The notes beneath the pieces are model-generated. The model ran no database searches, was not told where the DNA came from, and worked only from the letters and a program-made list of their open reading frames with translations. DNA of 64,000 nt. Origin: a virus. Below are positions 23,896 to 34,800 of this stretch, in pieces (position 1 is the first letter of the stretch; every line of letters starts with the position of its first letter). Where the stretch lies: IMG/VR virus record IMGVR_UViG_3300022752_000022, positions 85,599 to 149,598 of that record. One strand, given 5' to 3'. The translations under genes and the position numbers were made by a program.

Positions 23896-24132
23896 ATGAG
23901 TGATACGGCGTTTGGTATACGATTAGAAATTCTCAAAATGGCAAAAGATATAGTTGATCATGACTATTTTACAATGAGAGATTTTGAACAACAAATTTGG
24001 AATACTAAAGCAGATGATGCTAGAGCAAAAGGCAAAGAAATACCACCATTTACTTTTACACCATATCCATCTGTTGATACTATCATAGCAAAAGCAAAAG
24101 AACTTAATCGTTTTATTAGTGAAAGACAGTGA
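23896..24132 (+). CDS. Conserved T4-like small protein
   Basis: [11 protein letters not shown]...YPS...II.KA..L..F; AAGGAG SD. Confidence 0.8.
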   Translation: MSDTAFGIRLEILKMAKDIVDHDYFTMRDFEQQIWNTKADDARAKGKEIPPFTFTPYPSVDTIIAKAKELNRFISERQ

Positions 24133-25136
24133 ATTTGATGAAAGCATTTATTACTGGTATCACGGGGCAAGATGGCTCTTACTTAGCGGAACTTCTTTTG
24201 TCTAAAGGTTACGATGTGCATGGGCTTGTTAGACGCACTAGTACATATAATCTTCAAAACATTGAACATATTAAATCACAATTAAATCTTCATTACGGAG
24301 ATTTATCAGACGCATCAAATGTACACAATATCATTATGGACATTAAACCAAATGAAGTGTATAATCTCGGTGCACAATCACATGTTTCGGTTAGTTTTAA
24401 ATCACCTGCATATACTGCTGACGCAAATGGTGTTGGTGTTCTTCATATGCTTGAAGCTGTTAGAAAACTATCTGAACATCAAATCTGCAAATTCTATCAA
24501 GCATCAACAAGTGAACTCTTTGGCAAAGTTCAACAAGTTCCACAAACAGAAAGCACACCGTTTTATCCACGAAGCCCTTATGCTGTAGCGAAACTATACG
24601 GCTACTGGATCACAGTCAACTATCGTGAAAGTTATAATTTATTTGCTTGTAACGGTATTCTATTCAATCACGAAAGTCCACGAAGAGGTGTAGATTTTGT
24701 TACGAGAAAAATCACACATGGTTTAGTGAGAGCAATTCGTGGTGAAGGCCCAGTTCAATTAGGCAATCTAGATGCGAGACGAGATTGGGGCCATGCAAAA
24801 GATTTTGTAAAAGCAATGTGGCTTATGCTTCAACAAACAAGAGCGGATGATTATGTGATTGCAACCGGTGTTCAACAAAGTGTCCGTGATTTCTGTGAAG
24901 TTGCCGCTAAGATTTTAGGAAAAGAAATTATTTGGACTGGCGTTGGATCATCCGAAAAAGGCATAGATAGATTAACTGGCAATGTTCTTATTGAAGTATC
25001 AGAAAAATTCTATAGACCAGCTGAAGTGAATACTTTATTAGGCAATTCAATGAAAGCAAGATCAGTTTTACAATGGAAACCTGAATATACATTTTATGAT
25101 TTAGTGAAAGAAATGGTCATGGAGGACATGAAATGA
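24129..25136 (+). CDS. gmd: GDP-mannose 4,6-dehydratase
   Basis: [52 protein letters not shown]. Confidence 0.96.
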   Translation: MNLMKAFITGITGQDGSYLAELLLSKGYDVHGLVRRTSTYNLQNIEHIKSQLNLHYGDLSDASNVHNIIMDIKPNEVYNLGAQSHVSVSFKSPAYTADANGVGVLHMLEAVRKLSEHQICKFYQASTSELFGKVQQVPQTESTPFYPRSPYAVAKLYGYWITVNYRESYNLFACNGILFNHESPRRGVDFVTRKITHGLVRAIRGEGPVQLGNLDARRDWGHAKDFVKAMWLMLQQTRADDYVIATGVQQSVRDFCEVAAKILGKEIIWTGVGSSEKGIDRLTGNVLIEVSEKFYRPAEVNTLLGNSMKARSVLQWKPEYTFYDLVKEMVMEDMK

Positions 25137-25612
25137 ATTATGTATATGAAAGTCCGGATAAAGGCAAAACAATTTATCAAAGAGAATTTGGTTCAAATGA
25201 AAAAATTTTAATATCAAAGGAAAAATCTTCAATGATTTATGTGCCGATTAGCTTAGGGGAATTGATTGACAAACTCACCATTCTTCAGATAAAATTACAG
25301 CAGATTGATGATTCTGAAAAATTGAAGAATGTAAAGAATGAATGGGATCTTTTATCTAAACTTCCTGAGTACAGAGATGTTGCATATGAAATTGCACCAT
25401 ATTTTACTGAGCTTTATAACATTAATATGGAACTTTGGGAGATTGAAGATGAAATTCGTGAGCATGAACTAAATCATGTTTTTGATTTCAAATTTATTCG
25501 TTTGGCTAGAAAAGTATATACGACAAATGATAAACGTGCAGCAATTAAAAAAGAAATCAATCTAAAATATGGATCAAAAATTATAGAAGAAAAATCTTAT
25601 AAGGAATATTGA
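25133..25612 (+). CDS. DUF6165-like protein
   Basis: [16 protein letters not shown]...LWEIEDEIR...AR.VY..ND.RA.IK..IN...S.I.EEKSY. Confidence 0.75.
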   Translation: MNYVYESPDKGKTIYQREFGSNEKILISKEKSSMIYVPISLGELIDKLTILQIKLQQIDDSEKLKNVKNEWDLLSKLPEYRDVAYEIAPYFTELYNINMELWEIEDEIREHELNHVFDFKFIRLARKVYTTNDKRAAIKKEINLKYGSKIIEEKSYKEY

Positions 25613-25613
25613 T

Positions 25614-26837
25614 ATGGCAAAATTAGTAAGTATGGGCGAACACTACGTAAGTGATTTCGTAAAGAGCGAAGAAGATACAAAAAATCGTTCCAGATACAGT
25701 TTAGATTTATGGTTAGATGGTACGCTAGGCGCCGTACGACTGCATGATTTAGCGCCGCACGATTCTATGTGGGGTCAGTATTGGTATAGAAGTGGTATCA
25801 ATTCTAGTATGAAAGCTGAACTGAATAGAATCGTCGGTGAAATTCTTCAGCGAATGAATCTTGAAAAAGATGATATTTGGTTAGATATTGCATGTAATGA
25901 CGGCACACTTTTGAGTTATGTGCCACCTTATGTGAAACGAGTCGGCATTGATCCTTGCAATGATGAATATCTAAAAGAATCGAAACTACATGGTGAAATT
26001 GTTCAAGATTACTTTTCAAAAAATGCGTGGAATAAAACGACTGTCGCACATAAGAAAGCAAAAGTCATTACGTGTATTGCAATGTTTTATGATTTAGATG
26101 ATCCGAAACCATTCGTACAAGATATGTACGATATTTTGGATGATGATGGTGTTATCGTTCTTCAGATGAGTTACACACCATTGATGCTCAAACAAATGGC
26201 TTTTGATAATATTTGCCACGAGCATGTATATTATTATGATCTTACATCATTGCTTGGTTTGTTTGGCAGAGTTGGATTTAGATGTGTTGATTGTTCTTTG
26301 AACGACACTAACGGCGGTAGTTTTAGAATTTATTTCAGAAAAGAGAAAGCAAATCCAGCGAAGTTTGGTTCAGCACCTTTGCGTGACGTATGTGAAACAC
26401 GAGTCGCAAGTATTTTAGCATATGAGGGTAACGTTCTGAATATTCGCAAAGCAAGTGTATGGGATAACTTTGAAAAGCGCCTTAAGATTATGAAGCGTGA
26501 TTTAACTAAACTCATTAAAGACATCAAAGCAGAAGGCAAAACAATCTACGGCTACGGCGCAAGTACAAAGGGTAATACATTACTTCAATACTTTGGATTG
26601 ACTGCAAACGAAATTACGGCCATTGCTGAACGAAGCCCATATAAGTTTGGATTGAAAACGATTGGCACACATATTCCTATTGTGAGTGAAGAAGAAATGC
26701 GGGCAGCAAAGCCTGATTATCTTTTGGTGCTACCCTGGCATTTCATTGACGAATTTTTAAATCGTGAACAAGAATATCTCAATGCTGGAGGAAAAATGAT
26801 TGTTCCGTGTCCGGAAGTTAAAATATATGGAAATTAA
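25614..26837 (+). CDS. NDP-sugar C-methyltransferase
   Basis: YWYRSG, DIACNDGTLL, FDNICHEH, YGASTKGNTLL, PDYLLVLPWHF. Confidence 0.88.
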   Translation: MAKLVSMGEHYVSDFVKSEEDTKNRSRYSLDLWLDGTLGAVRLHDLAPHDSMWGQYWYRSGINSSMKAELNRIVGEILQRMNLEKDDIWLDIACNDGTLLSYVPPYVKRVGIDPCNDEYLKESKLHGEIVQDYFSKNAWNKTTVAHKKAKVITCIAMFYDLDDPKPFVQDMYDILDDDGVIVLQMSYTPLMLKQMAFDNICHEHVYYYDLTSLLGLFGRVGFRCVDCSLNDTNGGSFRIYFRKEKANPAKFGSAPLRDVCETRVASILAYEGNVLNIRKASVWDNFEKRLKIMKRDLTKLIKDIKAEGKTIYGYGASTKGNTLLQYFGLTANEITAIAERSPYKFGLKTIGTHIPIVSEEEMRAAKPDYLLVLPWHFIDEFLNREQEYLNAGGKMIVPCPEVKIYGN

Positions 26838-27759
26838 TAAATTAATTTTCTTCAATCACTGGAGAAACGGTGATGTTTTTATCAATCGTGAGTATGTAAA
26901 ATATTTTATCAATAAAATTGATGCGCCAGCTTACTACGCCCACAACAACCATTTTTCTACAACTCAAGATTTACCGTGTGAATTAATTAAAATGGAGCAA
27001 CTTCCTTATGCATGTATGAATACATTCATGAAAAAAGGATATGATGCTGAGAAAAAAACTTTGTATATCAATACTTGGGTTGGTGCATGGATTGGTCAGT
27101 ATTTAAATCATGGTGAACACGCAAATTTCATGACACTGCGTAGAATTTGGAATGATCTTCATCAGTCTGTTTTTAAAACTGATATCGTAGGAAATCATTT
27201 TGATTTTCTTCCTACGATAACATATAAATCTACCGATGCAAATTATATCATCGCAAATGCTTGGTGTGATAAACATAAAAATCATAAAATTGTAATGTTT
27301 TGTAATGGTAAGCAACACAGTGAACAAAGTGATATGGGTGATATGAAAAGAATTATAGATATCATCACATCAGACTATAGTGAAATTCTTTTTGTTGTTT
27401 GTGATAAATTAAATCTTAAAAAGAACAACATTGTTTATACTGATGACATTTTTGGCTCTTCAGTTGGTAATTTACCACACATATCTTATATCAGTACATT
27501 TGCTGATAAGATCATTGGTAAAAATAGTGGACCATTTAGTTATGCTCACACCAGAGCAAACAATCAAGATGCACAGAAAACCTTTTTTTGCTTTAGTAAA
27601 GAAATGAAATCTTGTTTGACTGGTGAAGGAAAATACTACGCAAAACACTGTTTTAGTGATACAATAGATGATGATGTTGCGATCCAATTATTAATCAATG
27701 AATTGGAAACTTACGAGTATAATCCAAATCTAAAACCTATAAGGCATGTACATTTATGA
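26800..27759 (+). CDS. Hypothetical protein, possibly glycosyltransferase-related (likely start 26827)
   Basis: GD...IIGKNSGP GT-B-like end; sugar-cluster context. Confidence 0.55.
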   Translation: MFRVRKLKYMEINKLIFFNHWRNGDVFINREYVKYFINKIDAPAYYAHNNHFSTTQDLPCELIKMEQLPYACMNTFMKKGYDAEKKTLYINTWVGAWIGQYLNHGEHANFMTLRRIWNDLHQSVFKTDIVGNHFDFLPTITYKSTDANYIIANAWCDKHKNHKIVMFCNGKQHSEQSDMGDMKRIIDIITSDYSEILFVVCDKLNLKKNNIVYTDDIFGSSVGNLPHISYISTFADKIIGKNSGPFSYAHTRANNQDAQKTFFCFSKEMKSCLTGEGKYYAKHCFSDTIDDDVAIQLLINELETYEYNPNLKPIRHVHL

Positions 27760-28688
27760 AAGTTCTTATCATCAATGGACCAAAAGAAAAGTGTGGAATT
27801 TATCAATACTCACAATCATTATATGATGCATTATCATCTGTAAAATCAAAATATCAGTATGAATTTTTTCCAACAGGAAGTAGAGATGAAGCTAAAAATA
27901 GAATTGCTGCGGAAGATATTCATGCTGTAATATACAACCATCATCCAATGGCACTCGAATGGTTAGACTCAGGATTTACGAGACCGATTAAAAACGATTT
28001 CGGTATAAAACAAATTATGATCACAGGCCATGAACACGAAACACGATACATTGGCGTTGATCAATACGTTTACACTGATCCAAATCATCCAACAAAAGAT
28101 AATGTACATTCTGGAATGCCACCATTACTTTATTATGATGACATTCAATACACTGCGCCGCAATCTGATGTTATTAAGATTGGAACAAGTGGTATCGGCA
28201 ATTCAACTAAAAATTTACATGAACTTGTTGAAAAAGTAAATAAAGATTTCGCTAATGAAAATGTGTTATTAAATGTCCATATTACAGATGGAGCTTATGT
28301 AGATTCTACAGGCAAATTTTCAAATATGTTAGGTAACATATGTAAAGAAATCGCCGCTGAAAATGTCGAAGTGAATATTGTGCGTGAATTCTTTACAAAA
28401 AGAAATCTTGTTCAATGGCTTAATATCAACGATATCAACATTTATTACCATACTGTAGGTCCTCCGCTCGGTGTGAGTAGTTCTATAGACAGGGCAATTG
28501 AATCAAAAAAACCTTTTGGTATAAACGAATCAAACTTTTTTAAACATGTAATTAGAGATTACAATAATTTAAACAAAACAAGCATCAAAGAAATTCTTGC
28601 GATTGGCATTGATCCGTACAAAGAATTTTATGACGCATGGAATCCAGTAAAATTGGTAGAATTATACGAGAAAATTATTGGCGAATAA
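27756..28688 (+). CDS. Glycosyltransferase-like protein
   Basis: KCGIYQY N-terminus; GVSSSIDRAI..KKP; sugar-cluster context. Confidence 0.6.
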   Translation: MKVLIINGPKEKCGIYQYSQSLYDALSSVKSKYQYEFFPTGSRDEAKNRIAAEDIHAVIYNHHPMALEWLDSGFTRPIKNDFGIKQIMITGHEHETRYIGVDQYVYTDPNHPTKDNVHSGMPPLLYYDDIQYTAPQSDVIKIGTSGIGNSTKNLHELVEKVNKDFANENVLLNVHITDGAYVDSTGKFSNMLGNICKEIAAENVEVNIVREFFTKRNLVQWLNINDINIYYHTVGPPLGVSSSIDRAIESKKPFGINESNFFKHVIRDYNNLNKTSIKEILAIGIDPYKEFYDAWNPVKLVELYEKIIGE

Positions 28689-29367
28689 AATGTTACCTAG
28701 TGATAGATTCTATACTAAAATTCAAAATAAAACTTTTAGATATCCTTTTTCAAGATGTGATGTTATCAATCGAAGCTATTCTCAAGCAATGCAAGATATA
28801 ATGATTCTTTCTTTAACAAAAGGTAAAACTAATGGCACATATCTTGAAATAGGATGTAACGTGCCTGACCATACAAATAACACTTATGTTATTGCTGAAC
28901 TTTATGGATGGAAAGGTATAAGTTTAGACTATTTGCAAGAAATGAAATTTCCATGGAAGGTTTTACGCCCAGAGAGCTACTTTGTGTGCGAAAATGCATT
29001 AACTGTAAATTACAATAAACTTTTAGGTGATTACTTTAAAGAAAATAAAACAATAGATTATCTTCAATTAGATGTTGATCCAAGTATCAATACATTAAAA
29101 ACTTTAGAAAGACTTCCAATGAAAGATTACAGATTTGGTTTTATTTCTTATGAAACAGACGTATACTTAGGAAATCAAAAAATTCGTGAGAAAAGCAGAA
29201 AAATCTTTAGTGATTTAGGCTATACTCTACTTGTCGGTGATGTGATTGTTGAAGGTGATAAACCGTATGAAGATTGGTGGGTTGATATAAATTTGGTTGA
29301 TTCTGAAATCGCAAATGATATTATTCATAGAAAAACTTCGCTGCCAGAAGAAATTTTGTTCGTCTAA
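28678..29367 (+). CDS. FkbM-like methyltransferase
   Basis: SQAMQD, GTYLEIG, NNTY, WKGIS, IDYLQLDVD, EDWW. Confidence 0.75.
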   Translation: MANKMLPSDRFYTKIQNKTFRYPFSRCDVINRSYSQAMQDIMILSLTKGKTNGTYLEIGCNVPDHTNNTYVIAELYGWKGISLDYLQEMKFPWKVLRPESYFVCENALTVNYNKLLGDYFKENKTIDYLQLDVDPSINTLKTLERLPMKDYRFGFISYETDVYLGNQKIREKSRKIFSDLGYTLLVGDVIVEGDKPYEDWWVDINLVDSEIANDIIHRKTSLPEEILFV

Positions 29368-29399
29368 ATAAAAAATGTTTCACGTTACGGAGAGCAAAT

Positions 29400-29924
29400 A
29401 TGAAAACCTTACAGAAGGTTGTAGTTTTACTCTTTTCTCTAACTTTTTGTAAAGCGGTGTATGCGATTGATCCACAAACACTCTTGAAGAGCAAAGACGC
29501 AAGCAAAACAGACTTATACTGGATGGCACTCAATATATATCACGAAGCAGGAAATCAGCCATCAGTTGGTAAGATTGCTGTTGGTATGGTAGTTCTTAAT
29601 CGTTTAAGTGACAAGGAAAACAGATTTCCTAAAACAATCAAAGGAATTGTAACACAAAATTGTCAGTTCTCTTGGTATTGCATTGTAAAAGATCATAAAC
29701 CTAAGAACGATGACATGTGGAAACAATCATACAAAGTTGCAGAATTTCTCTTGACAAAATACAAAAAAGATGTTATGATAGACGTTGTAGAAGGTGCAAC
29801 ACACTTTCATGCGATATATGTGAAACCGCCGTGGATTAATACTGCGACAAAAGTTGTACAAATTGGTGATCACATTTTCTATCGTTGGGAAAAAGATGTC
29901 CAAAAAATCAAAATGCGAATCTAA
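29400..29924 (+). CDS. SleB/Hydrolase_2 cell-wall hydrolase
   Basis: ALNIYHEA, VVLNR, FP.TI, QFSW, GATHFHA..V.P.W, IGDHIFY; signal peptide; late-type CTAAATA upstream. Confidence 0.9.
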   Translation: MKTLQKVVVLLFSLTFCKAVYAIDPQTLLKSKDASKTDLYWMALNIYHEAGNQPSVGKIAVGMVVLNRLSDKENRFPKTIKGIVTQNCQFSWYCIVKDHKPKNDDMWKQSYKVAEFLLTKYKKDVMIDVVEGATHFHAIYVKPPWINTATKVVQIGDHIFYRWEKDVQKIKMRI

Positions 29925-30174
29925 AGAAATGAATTTAAATATATTAACTGCTAAAGAATTTGAACGAAGCATTATTACCATTATGCGTGATAAAAAACCA
30001 ATCAGCATGATTGATGCCATTGTTTTATATTGTGAAGAGAGAAAAATTGAAGTTGAAACCGCAGCAGCACTAGTTTCTCCTCGTATGAAAAGCCGAATTG
30101 AAACTGAAGCGATTGATCTAAACATGATTGCAAGAAAAGCGAGATTACCAATTGACGAAGATGGAAGCTATTGA
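29854..30174 (+). CDS. gp33: Late transcription co-activator gp33 (likely start 29896 or 29929)
   Basis: IDAIVLYCEE..IEVE......K..I..EA..LN; synteny with gp59-gp32. Confidence 0.85.
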   Translation: MYKLVITFSIVGKKMSKKSKCESKEMNLNILTAKEFERSIITIMRDKKPISMIDAIVLYCEERKIEVETAAALVSPRMKSRIETEAIDLNMIARKARLPIDEDGSY

Positions 30175-30751
30175 AGCATACAGAATTTATTTAGCACTTA
30201 AACATCACTTTACACTTGACAATTACGATTATTTCAAGTACAATAAGAAGACTAAAGTTACACTGGATAGTTTTCTAAAACGAAAAGACAGAATATTTTT
30301 TGCTAAACTTGGTAATCGCAAAGACAAATATCTTGAAGACTTTCTTGTTGCAAACTTTCTATATCAGACAAATATCTGGGTTGGTGAACTTTTGTCTGAT
30401 GAATGTGAAGAGCGGTATAAAGAATGGAAAAGAAAACAAGAATCACTTTCTTACCATTTCAAATCAGAAATGGAGTTTATTTCTGAGTTAGATATTGATG
30501 AATTCAATAAATTATTTCAAACTATTAACGGAAATCATCCACGAATCATTCAAAAATATTTACACAAAGAAATCAGTATTGAATCGTTATGTATTTTAGA
30601 TTCAATACTAAAGTTTACACACAAATCTGACAAACTTTTATTTGATCCAATTTATACCGATATTAGTAAATTATGCAAAAAATACCAGCCATTCTTAAAA
30701 GTAGACATAGTGAAGCAAAAGCAGACGTTAAAGCAGTTAGTACAGAAATAA
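30161..30751 (+). CDS. gp59: Helicase loader gp59
   Basis: AYRIYLALKHHFT...YDYFKY...KRKD..FF.KL; synteny. Confidence 0.9.
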   Translation: MEAIEAYRIYLALKHHFTLDNYDYFKYNKKTKVTLDSFLKRKDRIFFAKLGNRKDKYLEDFLVANFLYQTNIWVGELLSDECEERYKEWKRKQESLSYHFKSEMEFISELDIDEFNKLFQTINGNHPRIIQKYLHKEISIESLCILDSILKFTHKSDKLLFDPIYTDISKLCKKYQPFLKVDIVKQKQTLKQLVQK

Positions 30752-30903
30752 AAAAAGTTGTAAAAAGAAAAATTTGTGCTTTACTTATGCCAAAAAAGCA
30801 TGTAGAATTGCTATATACACATGTAGATAATGAAATATGTGGATAACAGTAATACACAAAGTAATATATTTTTTAATACATTTTAAATACGAGGTAATAC
30901 AAC

Positions 30904-31788
30904 ATGGCAAATTCATTCGCTGATCTTAAAAAATCACGCACCCAAGCACTGGAAAAACTTTCAGGCGAACTCTCAAAGTTGACTGACAAAGAGAGTAGCA
31001 AAAAATCATATGAAGATGATCGATTCTGGAAACCAACTGTTGACAAAGCAGGCAACGGCATGGCGACGATTCGATTTCTGCCTTCACCTGAGGGTGAAGA
31101 TATGCCCTGGATTCAAATCTTTTCTCATTCCATTCAGGGACCCACGGGTCAATGGTTGATCGATAATTGTTTGACAACAATTAACAAAAAGTGTCCTGTG
31201 TGCGAACACAACACCGTTCTCTGGAATTCAGGTATTGAAGCAAATAAAGAGATTGTTCGCAAACAAAAGCGGAAACTTCAGTATATCTCTAACATCTATG
31301 TTGTTAAAGATCCGAGCAATCCTGACAATGATGGTAAAGTTTTTCTCTTCAAATTCGGAAAGAAAATTTTTGATAAATTGAATGACTTGATGAATCCTGA
31401 ATTTGAAGATGAAACACCCGTCAATCCTTTTGACTTGTGGGAAGGCGCAAACTTCAAATTGAAGATTCGTAAAGTTGAAGGTTATCAAAATTATGATAAA
31501 TCAGAATTTGATAGCCCAAGCCCGCTTTCAAAAGATGATGATGATCTTGAACGCATTTGGAAATCCGAATACAAACTCGGTGAGTTTCTAGATCATACAA
31601 ACTTCAAATCGTATGATCAAATCAAAGAACGTTTAAATGTTGTCTTGGGAATTGCTGGTGCAACTGTTGCTGTTGCTGCTACATCAATTGAAAGGCCTGT
31701 TACAAAATCTGCACCAATCGCAAAGATTGCCGAAGACGATGATGATGAAGACTTGAGCTATTTTGAAAAATTAGCTGAAGATGATTGA
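30904..31788 (+). CDS. gp32: Single-stranded DNA-binding protein gp32
   Basis: DDRFWKP..DKAGNG.A.IRFLP, NCLTT...CPVCE, GKKIFDK, GANFKLKIRKV, acidic tail. Confidence 0.97.
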   Translation: MANSFADLKKSRTQALEKLSGELSKLTDKESSKKSYEDDRFWKPTVDKAGNGMATIRFLPSPEGEDMPWIQIFSHSIQGPTGQWLIDNCLTTINKKCPVCEHNTVLWNSGIEANKEIVRKQKRKLQYISNIYVVKDPSNPDNDGKVFLFKFGKKIFDKLNDLMNPEFEDETPVNPFDLWEGANFKLKIRKVEGYQNYDKSEFDSPSPLSKDDDDLERIWKSEYKLGEFLDHTNFKSYDQIKERLNVVLGIAGATVAVAATSIERPVTKSAPIAKIAEDDDDEDLSYFEKLAEDD

Positions 31789-31821
31789 TTAATTTCTCCT
31801 TGGTTCCCATAGTGGTACTTT

Positions 31822-31847
31822 AGGTGACAGAAATGTCACCTTTTTTT
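31822..31847 (+). terminator. Rho-independent terminator after gp32
   Basis: AGGTGACA-GAAA-TGTCACCT followed by a T-tract. Confidence 0.9.
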
Positions 31848-31895
31848 ATCTATTTGTCGTTGCACACGGCTTGTTATCTGATTTGCGTTATTCCG

Positions 31896-34800
31896 TCACG
31901 GAATCATTTCATAAGCTGTTCTACCATATCTTTGAGATTCGTCTACTGAATTATTATTAATTATTGTCGTGTTGTTATTAACATTTCCGCTATTTACGAC
32001 AGCAGAATTATTATTTATTGCCGCACCTTGTGCTAAAACTGAACTAACAGTTTCTAATGCATACCCCTTTGCTGCTGAAATTTCCTCGGCTGAAACGCTA
32101 AATGTTGGAGCATTTTTCGCCACATCTACACCATATTCGTTTTGATATCTTTTAACATCATCTATTGTAAAACCACTACCCCTTTGTAAATTTAAAGTTG
32201 GTAATATTTTAGGTGTTGGTAAACCGGCACCCTCCATCAACTGTTTATATTTGACTGGATCTCCCGATGCTCTTAAAACATTTTCTGCATCCTGTTGCGT
32301 TATCTTATAGCCATTTTTTGATAAAAGAATTATGTCTGAAAGAGGAAATTTATCCAGTAACATGCTTGGTGTAATACTATTATCATTAAACCACTGAGCT
32401 TTTTCACGCAGAGTCATTTTTTTCCAGTCAAGTCCTCCAGGAACATAATTTCCCGTAGAATCACGAGTAACGCCATTCGGAACTGATATTATTCTACCAT
32501 CACCCGGCATAATATAAAATCCCCAAGATTTATTAATATCCAATACTTCTTGCTCACTCCAGTTGTTTTTGGTTAGAGGATTAAAAAACTTGACGGGCCC
32601 ACTTACTTCCATCAGTGCGCTATCTAACTGATCAACATCATATTGACTAAAACCAAGAGATTGTCTAAGATCGTCTCCGGTAAATCCATTACTTGAATAC
32701 CATAGAGCCCGCTGCGACAAATCCATAGTATTCCAATTTATAGGAAGTTCAAAAGTTTTTTTGAGTCTCTTATTTTCTATCGTTCCGCGTTTTAATGTGC
32801 TGCTATTCTGTGCAACTGACGTTGTTGGTGCAACTGACGTTGTTGGTACAACTGACGTTGTTGGTGCTGCTGATTTCGATAATCCACCGTCTGTTACACC
32901 AACACCGTCAGTTGCACCGAAGAAATACATTTTTATCTCCGGCGGAGTACCGGGCAGCGGTTTATAGGTAGCCGATAACGCTCTTTTTCTTGTGGATGGA
33001 TCTTGCAGTTCAACAAACTCTTCTGTATTCTCTTGAATTTTGGAAAGAGGCTGCGTATTGTCTGCTATTTTTTGAATATTTTCTGTTATACTTTTACCGA
33101 AACTAACAGGTATTGTTTTTCCATCAGGCAGCGGAACGACAGCTTCAGTGCCATGAAGAATCGCTGGATAACCGGAATCTGGGCCAGAAAGAATTCCTCC
33201 AGTTTTTCCTTGTGGCACTTTTGGTCCACTAATGCTTGAAACTTTACCTTCTTTATCTATACTAATTTGAAAAATATCATTACTAAGCCTTGTGAGTACA
33301 GTTCCTTGTGTTGACTGATATTCAGGATTATACATAAAGTCGCCAATTTTTAGCGATGAACCATAATTGGTCCACCATTCATTGGCAATCTGTGCGGTGT
33401 CCTTGCCGGTAGTATTGCCGGTAGAATTGCGATTAATTTGATAATTCATTAAAGCACTATAAGCGCCGCTCGGCTGATTCGCCCGCGCATAATCCCTCGC
33501 ATTTCTATCCTCTTCCTCAGACCAATTATAAGTTCCATATAAATTTTGCTGCTGGCTTGTTTTAGCATTATTTCCTGTTGGCGTCACCGGAGATGATGAT
33601 GTTACTTGCACTTGTAACTGCTTATTAAGAAAACCTTTTGTATATTTTTCAATGTTCGCTAGACTATCAACTATTTTAACTATTGGATCTTCAGGATCAG
33701 CGTCAGAAGATGTCGTAGATGACGCCCGTGCGGGACCAGAAGAAACGCTTCCTGGTTCACCCTTCATAATTTTTAATATATCAGATAGTGAAGAGAGGAA
33801 TTTTGAATTTTTTTCAATAGATTTTAATAACTTAGCTGATTTTTCAATATTTTCAGAATCATCTTTAGTTGTATCATCAATAATTGATTTGCCACTGAAT
33901 TTAACGGGTATTGTTTTTCCATCAGGAAGTGGAACGACAGCTTCAGTGCCATGGAGAACCGCTGGATAACCTTTTTCTGATCCCGAAAATACACCACCAC
34001 TCTTAGCTTTAATAACTGCGTTACCTTCTCTATCATAACCAACAATTTTTAAATTCTCTTCTTCTTGATATTTTCCTGTTTTTACATTGAAAACTTTTCG
34101 TGCGTAGTAATTTGTGCCACCGGCGTCTTCGCCACTTCCTATGTAATCTTCTTTATACGCTTCTTTAACTGCTGTTGATCCAGTAAATCCAGCAGCAGTA
34201 GCATACTTACTAAAATCTACTACATTACCTTGTAGATCAACTGCTTGGCCCTCTTTATTATATCCAAAGATTAATGGACTTTCTTCATCAACCATTGAAT
34301 CCAGCGCAGCATTGTAAACTTGTCTAGGAACATACATACCAGGCATAGAACCGCCTTCAGGATCGTAACCGCCACCATCATAACCGGCTTCTCTAAACTT
34401 TGCTTGGAACTTATTTGCAAACGTTTGGCCAGTAACTGTTTTAACTTCTTCACCTGTGCCAATAACATTGCCAGTTTCAAGTTCAGGTTTCGTTAATTTA
34501 CTTACAGACGCTTTTGCTGTTTTTGCTTTGTCTGCTGCTGTCTGTTCAGTCATTGCAGTCAATAGAGCATCTGCCATTGAATTAAATACTTCTTTTTTAC
34601 TTATATCTTCAATTGGCGCTTTCCATATTTCTTTATCACCGTGTTTTCTAACAGTACCGTTACCAACAAACAGATATGCTGTTTTAGCTTTCCCATGCAA
34701 TTCAAGAACAAAATAATCGTATGCTAAAGGACCACCACCAAGAGTAAGTTGAACTCTTTTGACCATTGCAAAAAGCATAATACCTATTTTTTGAGCGCCA

